Assembly (NCBI GenBank): GCA_934167225.1
Contig: CAKPLD010000001.1
Location: 2,084 to 66,083 of the forward strand
DNA from: an uncultured Clostridia bacterium
Lineage (GTDB): Bacteria; Bacillota; Clostridia; TANB77; CAG-508
DNA length: 64,000 nt
Direction: 5' to 3'
The notes under the pieces are model-generated. The model worked only from the letters and a program-made list of their open reading frames with translations. It did no database searches and had not been told where the DNA came from. Position 1 is the first letter of the stretch; the number at the start of each line of letters is the position of its first letter. The translations under genes and the position numbers were made by a program. Positions 1 to 9,456 of this stretch are shown in pieces.

Positions 1-291
1 TATATTACAGATGAAGATCAAGACAAAGTAAATGCAGTTCAAGGTGACCATGAAGGAATTGTTGAAATTGGAAAAAACATTGAAAATGTGGAAGTTTCAA
101 TATTTTTACATGGTGTAAAAGAAAAAGGATACAAAATATCTTTAAGATCTCTTGAATATGTAAATGTTTCTGAAATTGCAATTATGCTTGGTGGAGGCGG
201 ACACATAAAAGCTGCTGGAGCCTATGGAAAAGGAAGTGTTGAGCAAATTAGAGATAAGGTGCTTAAAGAGGTTAGAAAGCAATTGAAATAA
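1..291 (+). CDS. DHH/DHHA1-family phosphoesterase, C-terminal fragment (NrnA-like); 5' end lies outside the window
   Basis: Frame is open from position 1 to the TAA at 289-291. The C-terminal LGGGGHIKAAG motif is typical of DHHA1 domains. The gene sits directly upstream of truB, as in many Clostridia. Confidence 0.5.
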   Translation, partial: YITDEDQDKVNAVQGDHEGIVEIGKNIENVEVSIFLHGVKEKGYKISLRSLEYVNVSEIAIMLGGGGHIKAAGAYGKGSVEQIRDKVLKEVRKQLK

Positions 292-379
292 ATTTTGGTT
301 ATTAGTTACTTATGAGTAAAGTTTAATCAGGAAGATATTATTTATCTTCCTGATTAAGCTTACCATATAATAATTAAAG

Positions 380-1267
380 ATGAAAGGCATGAGAGGTATG
401 GATGGAATTATAATTGTTAGAAAAGAAAAAAATTGGACTTCAAATGATATTGTGCAAAAAATAAAAGGGATATTTCATGAAAAGGTAGGACACACTGGAA
501 CTCTTGATCCTCAGGCAACAGGTGTTTTACCCATTTTAATTGGAAAAGGAACAAGCTTATCTAAGTATTTGATTAATCATGATAAAGAATATATAGCAAC
601 CATAAAATTAGGAGAAAAGACTTCAACAGGAGATGGAGAAGGAGAGATTATTAAACAATTGCAAGTAAATGAGGAAGCTTTTAATATAGAAAATGTGAAG
701 AAGACTTTGGCAAGTTTTAAAGGAAAACAAAGCCAAATACCTCCTATGTATTCTGCAATTAAGGTTAACGGAAAAAAACTTTATGAGTATGCAAGAAGTG
801 GTAAAAAGGTTGAAGTTAAACCACGCAATATTGAAATTTTTGATATTAATTTGATTTCTATTTCGGAAGATAGAAAAGAAATTGTTTATAAGGTGTGGTG
901 TTCTAAAGGTACATATATAAGAACCCTATGTGAGGATATTGCTGAGTCTTTGGGAACAGTTGGTTTTATGAAGGATCTTGATAGGATTAGAGTGGGAGAT
1001 TTTAGTATTGAGAATGCGGTTAATATTTCTGATATTGTTACTTGTAAGGATTTTAGTTGCTTGAATTTTATTTCGATAGATGATTTTTTTAAGGAGAAAT
1101 GTAAGGTTTCTTTTGATGATTTTCTTTTGAGAAGATTTGTTAATGGAGTGAAGGTGAAAGTTGATGTGGTTGATGGCGTTTGCAGGGTTTATAATGCTGA
1201 TGGAGATTTTGTGGGTGTTGGCGTTGTGAATGATGGTTGGATTAAGAGGGATATTGTGGTTGAGTGA
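380..1267 (+). CDS. truB: tRNA pseudouridine(55) synthase TruB
   Basis: 295-aa ORF containing the HTGTLDPQATGVLPI catalytic motif and a C-terminal PUA-like region. Confidence 0.9.
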   Translation: MKGMRGMDGIIIVRKEKNWTSNDIVQKIKGIFHEKVGHTGTLDPQATGVLPILIGKGTSLSKYLINHDKEYIATIKLGEKTSTGDGEGEIIKQLQVNEEAFNIENVKKTLASFKGKQSQIPPMYSAIKVNGKKLYEYARSGKKVEVKPRNIEIFDINLISISEDRKEIVYKVWCSKGTYIRTLCEDIAESLGTVGFMKDLDRIRVGDFSIENAVNISDIVTCKDFSCLNFISIDDFFKEKCKVSFDDFLLRRFVNGVKVKVDVVDGVCRVYNADGDFVGVGVVNDGWIKRDIVVE

Positions 1268-1274
1268 ATAAGAG

Positions 1275-1304
1275 AAACCGGAGGACAAAATTGTCTTCCG
1301 GTTT
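1275..1304 (+). terminator. stem-loop plus T-run after truB
   Basis: aaaccggagga...tcttccggttt hairpin directly 3' of the truB stop. Confidence 0.5.
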
Positions 1305-1332
1305 GGAGTACATGTGAATTATACGTTAGGTA

Positions 1333-1800
1333 TTACTGTTGGGTTCGTATTTGCTTTTGAATGTACTCAATCTTTAATAAGGATGCTTTCACATCTGCTT
1401 CCGCTGCATACAGAATGCATAGTTGCTTACAAATGCTTTCTGTACTCAAGGAGCGATTTCCTTTTAAAAATTGAGACAATACTTGAAACGAGTCCTGATG
1501 GAAATCGTGATATATATAATATCGTGCTTCCATGAAGGTTTGTGGTATTATCATGTTTTTGATAACACCGTTATATAGTTCACTCCAAGATTGGGGATCC
1601 AATCTGGAACGAAGTATAGATTTTGTCTCTTCTAAAAATTCCAGCAAATCTACCAGCTTTTTATTGTAATAAAAGAGGGATCTGCTTACCGAGCCTGTAT
1701 TGATAATTTTAGGTGATGGGTTCATGACGTTAGTCAAATCACGGGCATCATATGACAGTCTTGTTAGCAGGTCTATAACCTGCCGGTATGATTGTTTCAT
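1333..1800 (-). CDS. hypothetical protein (155 aa) within a less AT-rich islet
   Basis: Intact ORF on the opposite strand from its neighbours. GC is visibly higher than in the flanking sequence. No motif recognised. Confidence 0.45.
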   Translation of the reverse strand: MKQSYRQVIDLLTRLSYDARDLTNVMNPSPKIINTGSVSRSLFYYNKKLVDLLEFLEETKSILRSRLDPQSWSELYNGVIKNMIIPQTFMEARYYIYHDFHQDSFQVLSQFLKGNRSLSTESICKQLCILYAAEADVKASLLKIEYIQKQIRTQQ

Positions 1801-1887
1801 GTGTTATACTCCTTCTATAAAATAGTATACATAATATTATACTAGGTTGTTTAGATGTTGTCAATATGGAATTAGTACAATTTATGT

Positions 1888-1926
1888 GATTTTTTTATTT
1901 TTTTATTTTTTATTTTTTATTTTTGA
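1888..1926. repeat. (T7A)x4 simple-sequence repeat directly upstream of a promoter-like element
   Basis: gatttttttatttttttatttttttatttttttattttt. Confidence 0.8.
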
Positions 1927-1956
1927 AAGTTTTTATCGTTTATTATAATCGAGTAG

Positions 1957-2084
1957 AGGATAACACTTAGTGTGTTTTTCCCCTCTCACACCACCACTCA
2001 AGCGGTTCTCGCAAGTGGCGGTTCAATTTATATTAAATATGAACTTTTTTATATTGGTCTAGTAGGAATAATAGACCTCTTTTT
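1957..2084 (+). ncRNA. candidate small RNA (~125 nt) bounded by a promoter and an intrinsic terminator, with no ORF
   Basis: -35 TTGAAA (1923-1928) and -10 TATAAT (1944-1949). Terminator: ggtcta-loop-tagacc plus tcttttt (2056-2084). Only a 7-codon ORF lies between them. The segment is relatively GC-rich (cacaccaccactcaagcggttctcgcaagtggcgg). Confidence 0.3.
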
Positions 2085-2106
2085 AGTGCGACATGCCTGT
2101 TGCACT

Positions 2107-2135
2107 AAAAAAACCTAGACACATCTGTGTCTAGG
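2107..2135 (-). terminator. intrinsic terminator for the 2144..2425 gene
   Basis: Perfect 10-bp hairpin cctagacaca-tc-tgtgtctagg, followed on the minus strand by T7. Confidence 0.65.
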
Positions 2136-2143
2136 TGGTGCGC

Positions 2144-2425
2144 TTAATCAATGTGATTCAGCGCATTGAGGATTCGGATGTGCCTCAGATGGTCAGATTT
2201 AGAATACGTAGAATGTTTGAACATGCTATTGCATAACATGTTCATTGCCAACAAGTAGGCCTTGAATGGTCGCCAGGCTGTAGTCGAAATAGGCATACCA
2301 GCTTCCTGAAGATCAAGCATGGTCTCAATATCGACCATAGTTTCGTCAAATTCCTGCCAAATATTCTTTTCCATAAAATCCTCTCCTTTTATAAATGATA
2401 AAATTTCATGCGGGTTATTACCCAC
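2144..2425 (-). CDS. hypothetical small protein (93 aa); weak paralog of 3170..3535
   Basis: Intact ORF. It shares an MG.. start plus F-EK-N-W and LDL-E..G patches with the 3170..3535 product. Confidence 0.45.
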   Translation of the reverse strand: MGNNPHEILSFIKGEDFMEKNIWQEFDETMVDIETMLDLQEAGMPISTTAWRPFKAYLLAMNMLCNSMFKHSTYSKSDHLRHIRILNALNHID

Positions 2426-2470
2426 ATACTGTATCTAAATTATAACACTAAATAAAAAAAAAATCAATAG

Positions 2471-2542
2471 AATTTACCAAAAAATGTAAAAAAATATCAA
2501 TACACAAAAAAACAGAATGCTATACCAATGTAAAAAATTACC
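2471..2542. promoter_or_regulatory. divergent intergenic region carrying two copies of an AATGTAAAAAAT-containing motif (copy 1 of 2)
   Basis: aatttaccaaaaaatgtaaaaaaatat (2471-2497) and ccaatgtaaaaaattacc (2525-2542). The 3644-3716 region is nearly identical. Confidence 0.5.
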
Positions 2543-2677
2543 TTCAAATATATAAATAATAAAGATGCCAAATAAAAAATATAAATTTTTATAAAATAGC
2601 TTAACTTTTGTCAAATTATGTTGTATAATAGCAATATAGAGGCAATGACCAGCGGAGCAGAAGAAGGAGGCATTTCT

Positions 2678-3088
2678 ATGAAGCTTAACAAACTCATGGT
2701 AGAGTTAGGGAAATTACAGATAGAGATAATGCTAAAAGAGCATTTATCATCTTGGCAATCTGATAAAAAAATTGCTAGGAGAAGTGAGATTTTAAAACTG
2801 GTATCCGGAAAGAAGATAGACCTAAAAGGGCTATTTGAGGAGTATGAGGGGATGCATATTAGAAAGCATAATATGCGGATCTTTTTAGGAGAAGCAATCG
2901 GAGGCCAGCAAAAGAGAGATTACATTCGAAAGCTGGAAAGAATTATGGGATATTTTGTTTGGGCTAGTACGAAATACGAAGGCCAAACAGGATACCAGGC
3001 TCGAGAGGAGGAACTACGGATATGCTATGCTATAAATGAGTTATGTATAGCATGGAAATACGCAGTAGGAGAGATAGATAGAGGATAG
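2678..3088 (+). CDS. hypothetical protein (136 aa)
   Basis: Start taken at MKLNKLMVEL, preceded by the RBS gaaggagg. The upstream Met at 2618 lacks an RBS. Confidence 0.45.
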   Translation: MKLNKLMVELGKLQIEIMLKEHLSSWQSDKKIARRSEILKLVSGKKIDLKGLFEEYEGMHIRKHNMRIFLGEAIGGQQKRDYIRKLERIMGYFVWASTKYEGQTGYQAREEELRICYAINELCIAWKYAVGEIDRG

Positions 3089-3124
3089 AGGGACATTTTT
3101 TGTCCCTCTAAAAATCATTATTAG

Positions 3125-3155
3125 AAAAAGCTCAAGGAATAGAAATTCCTTGAGC
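3125..3155 (-). terminator. intrinsic terminator for the 3170..3535 gene
   Basis: gctcaaggaat-agaa-attccttgagc hairpin, followed on the minus strand by T5. Confidence 0.55.
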
Positions 3156-3169
3156 TTAGAGCTAGATCT

Positions 3170-3535
3170 TTAACTAGCTATTGCTATATAATTTTGTGTC
3201 TTTATATAGCAATGACGAGCATCCATCTGGAGCCCAGCTACAATAGCTGGATATACCCCGTATTTTGAACGCTCACGCGAGTTGGAGCAGTTGCTGAAAT
3301 CGTCCAAGAAACTTCCCAGAATAATTTGGACTTTTTCCAAATTATTCAAAAAATCCGTCGGATTTTGGAAGTTTAAGTTTTCTTCTGGATTAGGAGAACG
3401 ACCAGTGTTTTGGTATTCCGCCAGATCCATTAAGCTTGCACGTATGCAGTAGCTCCATTCGTTCATTTTTTCGAAGAGCGTTGCTCCGTTAAGTGAAGTA
3501 TCCATAGCCTTCACTCTGGTGCGATGCTTTCCCAT
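3170..3535 (-). CDS. hypothetical protein (121 aa); weak paralog of 2144..2425
   Basis: Intact ORF in the GC-richer islet. See 2144..2425. Confidence 0.45.
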   Translation of the reverse strand: MGKHRTRVKAMDTSLNGATLFEKMNEWSYCIRASLMDLAEYQNTGRSPNPEENLNFQNPTDFLNNLEKVQIILGSFLDDFSNCSNSRERSKYGVYPAIVAGLQMDARHCYIKTQNYIAIAS

Positions 3536-3643
3536 TTGGAATTACCTCCTCAATTTTCCGGTTCTCAAGATTTTATACTCGAGATTGGGTTATTACCAAC
3601 AATGCATCTATTATACCATCCCCACCCCCAAAAGTCAATACAA

Positions 3644-3716
3644 AATTACCAAAAAATGTAAAAAATAAAAATGAACCCTAATTTACCAATCTCTCACACA
3701 AATGTAAAAAATTTCC
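3644..3716. promoter_or_regulatory. divergent intergenic region carrying two copies of the AATGTAAAAAAT-containing motif (copy 2 of 2)
   Basis: aattaccaaaaaatgtaaaaaataa (3644-3668) and cacaaatgtaaaaaatttcc (3697-3716). A third partial copy, aatttaccaat, lies at 3681-3691. Confidence 0.5.
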
Positions 3717-3821
3717 ACAAATTACTTCCTCAAAAAAACAAAAAAATTAAAAAAACTACTTGCCAATTGTCGAAATATGAAATATAATAAAAATGTATAA
3801 AACACACTTAGGAGGAAGAAA

Positions 3822-4673
3822 ATGGAAGATTTTGCTACATATATATTAGAAGAAGAAAACCTAGCACAAAAAATGCTAATAACCTATTATCTATCGAAAA
3901 AAACAGGAATATACTTTGACAAATCAATAGTACTAAAAGCTGAAATAACAAAAATGTTCATAGAATACATGCAAATAAACGTAGAAGAAAACTTAGCAGT
4001 AACAGCAATGTTATTATGCAACTGCAAAAAAACAGAAAACGCACAAAAAATAGGAAAACTAGAAACATTTGCCAAAGACGGAGCAGAATATTTATCAGCA
4101 TTAGGTTTCAATAAAAGATTTTGTAAAATATGCGAAGAAGTAAATAGATATAGTGGAAGCACGCCAAGAGAAAAAGAAAGTGATATTTTAGAAGTAGTAG
4201 ACCAATTCACAGGATTAATACTAAACAGAGTAGAAAGAGAAGCATTTACACCAAAAGAAGCCCTAGTAGTTCTAAAAGAAAGAAATTTAAAATACTCAGA
4301 CAACAGATACATAGAAAGCTTTATAAAATTTGTAAACGAGCTAGAAGAAATAACAATAAAAGAAACAATAGACGTACCAGTAATAAAAAAACTAGTTCAT
4401 CTGCACAACAAAGAAGCAAATGTAAAAACATTTATAGCAACACTTTCCAACAATTATGAAGAAAAAATAAATAAAGCTTTAGCAGAAAACAACAAAAAAA
4501 ATGCAAAAAAAATATTAGAAAAAAAAGTAGAAAATAAAACAAGTGAAAAAACAAATGTAGAAAAAATGAAAGAACTAGCACAAGAAACAAAAAAGCAAAG
4601 TAAAGCATTATTTAGTGACGATATAACACAAAAAGTATTAACACATAAATCAAAATACAAAATAGAAGAATAA
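3822..4673 (+). CDS. hypothetical protein with a Lys/Glu-rich C-terminus (283 aa)
   Basis: RBS aggagg. Host-like codon usage. No motif recognised. Confidence 0.5.
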   Translation: MEDFATYILEEENLAQKMLITYYLSKKTGIYFDKSIVLKAEITKMFIEYMQINVEENLAVTAMLLCNCKKTENAQKIGKLETFAKDGAEYLSALGFNKRFCKICEEVNRYSGSTPREKESDILEVVDQFTGLILNRVEREAFTPKEALVVLKERNLKYSDNRYIESFIKFVNELEEITIKETIDVPVIKKLVHLHNKEANVKTFIATLSNNYEEKINKALAENNKKNAKKILEKKVENKTSEKTNVEKMKELAQETKKQSKALFSDDITQKVLTHKSKYKIEE

Positions 4674-4728
4674 AACTAAATAAAAAATACAATAATATTG
4701 TGCATTAAAGGAAGGAATGAGATAAACT

Positions 4729-5922
4729 ATGTATGAAATATTTGCAGATTTACATATACACATTGGAAGGTCAGAAAATGGAAAACCAATAAAAATAACA
4801 GGAGCAAGGAGTTTAAATTTTGCAAATATAGCAAAGGAATGTTGTGAAAGAAAAGGAATCCAAGTTGCCGGAATAATAGATTGTGCTTCACCATATGTAA
4901 TAGAAGATATAGAAAACTTTTTAAAAACAGGAGAAGCATACGAATTAAAAGACGGAGGAATAATATACAAAGACAAGGTGTGTATATTACTAGGAAGTGA
5001 AGTAGAAACCTCAGAAAAAGGAAGAAACGGAAAATCAGGTAGTGCACATAATGTATGTTTCTTCCCATATTTAAAAGACATAAAAGGTTTTTCAAATGAG
5101 CTTGCAAAACACGTAAAAAACGTAACATTAAGCACACAACGTTCAGATTTATCTGGATACGACTTAATAGACATTGTAGAAAAATATAATGGAATAGTAA
5201 TACCAGCACACATATTCACACCACATAAAAGTTACTATGGAAACTGCACAGATAGACTAAAAGACATATTTAAAGAAAAATATAATAAAATATTTGCAGT
5301 AGAGCTAGGTCTAAGTTCAGATACATTTTTAGCAGACGAAATATCAGAATTAGAAGATAAAACATTTGTAACAAACTCAGATGCACACTCTCTACCAAAA
5401 ATTGCAAGAGAATACAACAAAATGCAGGTAGAAGATATATCTTTTAAAGAAATTGTAAAAGCCCTAAAAAATGAAGATGGAAGAAAAGTTGTTGCAAATT
5501 ATGGATTAGATCCAAAACTTGGAAAATATCATAGAAGTTTTTGCGAAGACTGTAACGATTCAATCGAAATAGACCAAGCGGCAACGGTTTGCCCAAAATG
5601 TGGGGGACAAAATATAACATTTGGAGTGTTTGATAGAATAGAACTTATAAAAGACAAAGCACAAACGAAAAGTCCAGAAAACAGACCACCATACATATAC
5701 CAAGTACCACTAAGTTTTATTCCTGGTGTTGGCGGAAAAACAGTGGAGAAATTGTTAAATAATTTTGAAACAGAAATGAATGTATTACACAAAGTTTCAC
5801 AAGATGATATAGAAGCTGTTGTGGGCTCAAAAGTTGCAAAAAATATAATGAATAGTATAAATGGAAATATTAGTGTTCACTCTGGTGGCGGAGGAGTTTA
5901 TGGAAAAGTAGAGGTAAAATAG
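4729..5922 (+). CDS. PHP-domain nuclease of the EndoQ / TIGR00375 family
   Basis: N-terminal DLHIHIG PHP motif. C-terminal Zn-ribbon CEDCNDS...CPKCGG. An HhH-like IPGVGGKTVEKLL segment. Confidence 0.55.
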   Translation: MYEIFADLHIHIGRSENGKPIKITGARSLNFANIAKECCERKGIQVAGIIDCASPYVIEDIENFLKTGEAYELKDGGIIYKDKVCILLGSEVETSEKGRNGKSGSAHNVCFFPYLKDIKGFSNELAKHVKNVTLSTQRSDLSGYDLIDIVEKYNGIVIPAHIFTPHKSYYGNCTDRLKDIFKEKYNKIFAVELGLSSDTFLADEISELEDKTFVTNSDAHSLPKIAREYNKMQVEDISFKEIVKALKNEDGRKVVANYGLDPKLGKYHRSFCEDCNDSIEIDQAATVCPKCGGQNITFGVFDRIELIKDKAQTKSPENRPPYIYQVPLSFIPGVGGKTVEKLLNNFETEMNVLHKVSQDDIEAVVGSKVAKNIMNSINGNISVHSGGGGVYGKVEVK

Positions 5923-6017
5923 GTTGCTATTTTGCTTCTTTTTTTGGCAAAAGACAGTTCTTTTTGGCTTTAAGATAGAATAAATATTAAAAAACAAGAT
6001 TTATTAAAGGAGACCAT

Positions 6018-6660
6018 ATGAAAAAAATAAAGATTCTATCAGGAGTTAAAAGCACAATGATGCAATATGTTTCAAATAATGCAAAAGAATACATATTGGC
6101 ATTAATAATATTTATTATAGGAATATTCATTCGGAGTTATGTTTATAAATAATTGTTCAGAAGAACAAGAATCTGCTATAACAACATACATATCGGACTT
6201 TATAGAAAAATTTAAAACAATTGAAAAAGTGGATAAGTCATCATTATTAAAAGAATCTATAAAAGGAAATGCAAGTTTAGCTATAATCATTTGGCTTGCA
6301 GGAACTACAATAATAGGAATGCCAGTGGTTTTGGGGATTATATTATTTAGAGGTTTTTGCCTTGGTTACACAGTATCTGCCATATCTTTTACAGTTGGAA
6401 CCGGAAAAAGTGTAATTTTTTGTTGTTTAGCACTGCTTGTTCAAAATATATTGTTTATACCGGCTTTATTAACCATGGGAGTTAGTGGGATTAAGTTATA
6501 TAAAGCTATAGTAAATGATAGAAGAAAAGAAAACATAAAAATTGAAATTGTAAGACATACAGTTATTTCTGCAATAATGCTTGGAGTACTTATTATAGCA
6601 AGTATTTTAGAAAGTCATGTGTCTGTTAGTTTATTAGGAATGGGGGTTAAGTATATATAG
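6018..6660 (+). CDS. spoIIM: stage II sporulation protein M (SpoIIM); reading frame broken at about 6132 by a 1-nt insertion
   Basis: The N-terminus (6018-6150, MKKIKILSG...GIFI) is in one frame and the rest (LAGTTIIGMPVVLGIILFRGFCLGY, multi-TM) is in the +1 frame. Removing the c in attCggagtt restores GIFIGVMFINN. Confidence 0.7.
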
Positions 6661-6766
6661 GGCGAGTTGTAGTTACTATTAATAATTATTCTAATTCGAA
6701 CCGGTTTTAATATCTGTGAATAGTAACGATTTGTAACCAAAATTAATAAAAAATCGACAAAACCCC

Positions 6767-6795
6767 TTGTCAAACAGGCAAAAAAATATTATAAT
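6767..6795 (+). promoter_or_regulatory. sigma-A-type promoter upstream of pyrG
   Basis: TTGTCA, 17-nt spacer, TATAAT. Confidence 0.5.
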
Positions 6796-6935
6796 AGAAA
6801 AGTAGATTAAAATTAACACCAAAATTTCCCAAAAGCAATTTTAGGAAAAAAAAAACCAAATTTTCTGGTAGTTAAAATTTTAATCTTTTTTTATTTTAAA
6901 AGACAAAAAATTTTGGTTTTAGAAAAGGAGAAAAA

Positions 6936-8531
6936 ATGAACACAAAATACATATTTGTAACAGGAGGAGTCGTATCAGGACTAGGAAAAGGAATAACAGC
7001 AGCATCACTAGGAAGACTACTAAAAAATAGAGGATATAAAGTAACAATACAAAAATTCGATCCATATCTAAATGTAGATCCAGGAACAATGAGTCCATAT
7101 GAACACGGAGAAGTATTTGTAACAGACGATGGAGCAGAAACAGACTTAGACCTAGGACATTATGAAAGATTTATAGATGAAAACCTAACAAAAAATTCAA
7201 GTGTAACAATGGGAAAAGTATACTTATCAGTATTAGAAAAAGAAAGAAAAGGAGATTACCTTGGAAAAACAGTACAAGTAATACCACATGTTACAAATGA
7301 AATAAAAGAAAAAATATACAGTTTTGAAGACACAGATGTAGACATAGTAATAACAGAAGTAGGAGGAACTGTTGGAGATATAGAAGGACTATCAATAATA
7401 GAAGCAATACGTCAAGTAGGGTTAGAAAAAAACAAAGAAGATGTTTTATATGTACATGTAACACTACTTCCATATATATATGGATCAAACGAAATAAAAT
7501 CAAAACCAACACAACACTCAGTAAAAGAACTACAAAGCTTAGGAATACAACCAGACATTTTAGTATGCAGAGCAGAGCAAGAAATTCCAGAAAATATAAG
7601 AGAAAAGCTTGCACTATTTTGCAATGTGAGAAAAACAAGTGTTATTCAAAATAGAACAGCAGACTGCCTATATGCAGTGCCATTAATGTTAGAAAAAGAA
7701 GGACTAGCTAAAGAAGTTTGCAATCATTTAAGATTAGAAAACTTCGTACCAGACAACTCAAAATGGGAAGAAATGGTAGAAAATATAAGAACCATAAAAC
7801 CAGAAGACAAGGTAAAAGTTGCCATAGTTGGAAAATATGTAAAATTAGAGGATTCATACATATCAGTTGTAGAAAGCTTGCAACATGCAGGGTTTGTAAA
7901 TAAAGTAAAGCCAGAAATAGAAATGGTAGACTCAGAAACAATAGTAGCAGACAATGTAAAAGAAAAACTATCAAAATATGATGCAATAGTAGTTCCAGGA
8001 GGATTTGGAAACCGTGGAATCGAAGGAATGATAGAAACCATAAAATATGCAAGAGAAGAAAAAGTACCATTTTTAGGAATATGTCTAGGTATGCAAATGA
8101 CAGTAATAGAATACGCAAGAAACGTATTAGGACTAAAAGATGCAAACTCAGCAGAATTTAGTTTAGATACACAAAATCCTGTAATTCACATAATGGAAAC
8201 ACAAAAAGACATCAAGAAAAAAGGCGGAACAATGCGTTTAGGAAGCTATCCATGTATAATAAAAGACGGAACATTAGCAAAAGAAATATATGGAACAAAT
8301 AAAATCGACGAAAGACATAGACATAGATTCGAATATAATAACCAATACAAGGAAAGATTAGAAGAAGCAGGGCTTATATGTTCAGGAGTTTCACCAGATG
8401 GAAGCTTAGTTGAAATTGTGGAAATAAAAGACCATCCATACTTCATAGCAGGACAATTCCATCCAGAACTAAAGTCAAGACCAAATAGACCAGCACCATT
8501 ATTTGTTGGACTAATAAAATCTGCAAAATAG
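6936..8531 (+). CDS. pyrG: CTP synthase
   Basis: [26 protein letters not shown] start. C-terminal glutaminase domain with GICLGMQ. 531 aa. Confidence 0.95.
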   Translation: MNTKYIFVTGGVVSGLGKGITAASLGRLLKNRGYKVTIQKFDPYLNVDPGTMSPYEHGEVFVTDDGAETDLDLGHYERFIDENLTKNSSVTMGKVYLSVLEKERKGDYLGKTVQVIPHVTNEIKEKIYSFEDTDVDIVITEVGGTVGDIEGLSIIEAIRQVGLEKNKEDVLYVHVTLLPYIYGSNEIKSKPTQHSVKELQSLGIQPDILVCRAEQEIPENIREKLALFCNVRKTSVIQNRTADCLYAVPLMLEKEGLAKEVCNHLRLENFVPDNSKWEEMVENIRTIKPEDKVKVAIVGKYVKLEDSYISVVESLQHAGFVNKVKPEIEMVDSETIVADNVKEKLSKYDAIVVPGGFGNRGIEGMIETIKYAREEKVPFLGICLGMQMTVIEYARNVLGLKDANSAEFSLDTQNPVIHIMETQKDIKKKGGTMRLGSYPCIIKDGTLAKEIYGTNKIDERHRHRFEYNNQYKERLEEAGLICSGVSPDGSLVEIVEIKDHPYFIAGQFHPELKSRPNRPAPLFVGLIKSAK

Positions 8532-8585
8532 CTCCCCATTTGGGGACGGTTCTCTGTTGGGGATTCCCCATTTGGGGACGGTTCT
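8532..8585. repeat. REP-like element: two direct copies of CTCCCCATTTGGGGACGGTTCT flanking a small hairpin
   Basis: A near-identical 42-nt core recurs at 42245-42285. Confidence 0.8.
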
Positions 8586-8614
8586 TTAATGAGGAGAGAG
8601 CAAAGGAGAGAAAA

Positions 8615-9430
8615 ATGGAATTAACAATAGCGCAATATTTTTTATTATTTATGATATATTCAGTGGCTGGTTGGATACTAGAAGTAACATGTAAGCTAAT
8701 AGAGTACAAAAGATTTATAAATAGGGGATTTTTAATAGGGCCATATTGCCCGATATATGGATGGGGAGCAGTTGCAATAACATTTTTGTTATATAGATAT
8801 TCTTATGATCCATTAATATTATTTTTTATGACTCTTCTTACTTGTTCAATTCTAGAATATGCAACAAGTTGGGTGATGGAAAAATTATTTAAGGCAAGAT
8901 GGTGGGATTATAGTAAACGAAAATTCAATATTGATGGTAGGGTATGTTTGGGAACAATGATACCATTTGGAATATTCGGAATGATACTTACCTATGTTAC
9001 AAATCCATTAATAATAAGTGGATTAGATAAAGTTGACCCTACAACACTAAATATTATAGCAATAGTATTTTTAATAGTTTACTTAGTAGATAATGTATTT
9101 TCTTCAATAGTAATCTTTGGATTTAGAAAAACAACTGTACAAGTTGGAAGAGAGGGAAGACAAGATAATACAGAGCAAATTACAAAGAAAGTTAGGGAAA
9201 TCTTAAGTTCAAGATCTTGGATGTACAAGAGACTTGTTGATGCATATCCAAAACTTAGTGCTATAAAAACAAAAATTAAAGAAATAAAAAATGAAGTAAA
9301 AGAAAATGTAGTAGAAGTAAAAAATAGCATAAATGAAAAGGCTCAAGGAGTTAAAAACACTATAAGTGAGAAAAAAGATGAAGTGAAGAATACAATTTCC
9401 GATAAATTTAATGGAGATAAAAATAACTAA
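8615..9430 (+). CDS. polytopic membrane protein with a Lys-rich repetitive C-terminus (possibly the putative ABC-transporter type IV / PF06541 family)
   Basis: Start at MELTIAQYF with RBS aaaggagag. Contains a WWDYSKRKFN motif, several TM segments and a repetitive KNEVKENV C-terminus. Confidence 0.35.
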   Translation: MELTIAQYFLLFMIYSVAGWILEVTCKLIEYKRFINRGFLIGPYCPIYGWGAVAITFLLYRYSYDPLILFFMTLLTCSILEYATSWVMEKLFKARWWDYSKRKFNIDGRVCLGTMIPFGIFGMILTYVTNPLIISGLDKVDPTTLNIIAIVFLIVYLVDNVFSSIVIFGFRKTTVQVGREGRQDNTEQITKKVREILSSRSWMYKRLVDAYPKLSAIKTKIKEIKNEVKENVVEVKNSINEKAQGVKNTISEKKDEVKNTISDKFNGDKNN

Positions 9431-9456
9431 TCATTTTATTACAAAAAGGAGACAAT

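Noticed and set aside
926-1288. 120-aa ORF antisense to truB; similar antisense or overlapping ORFs include 3887..4312, 4454..5219, 7291..8145, 13046..13366, 18115..18989, 45840..46488 and 50565..51915.
   Set aside because: They lie wholly inside well-supported genes on the opposite strand or in another frame. Their products are low-complexity Leu/Phe/Ile-rich peptides, as expected from AT-rich antisense sequence. They have no RBS.
1314-1535. 73-aa + strand ORF after truB.
   Set aside because: It overlaps the better-supported minus-strand gene 1333..1800 and has no RBS.
2010-2030. A tRNA-like GGTTCAATT segment in the candidate sRNA.
   Set aside because: No acceptor stem or anticodon arm can be folded around it. 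It is not a tRNA.
3087-3109. agagggaca-tttttt-tgtccctct hairpin as a + strand terminator of the 2678..3088 gene.
   Set aside because: It overlaps the stop codon, and no T-run follows the stem on either strand. It is kept only as a possible RNA structure, not annotated as a terminator.
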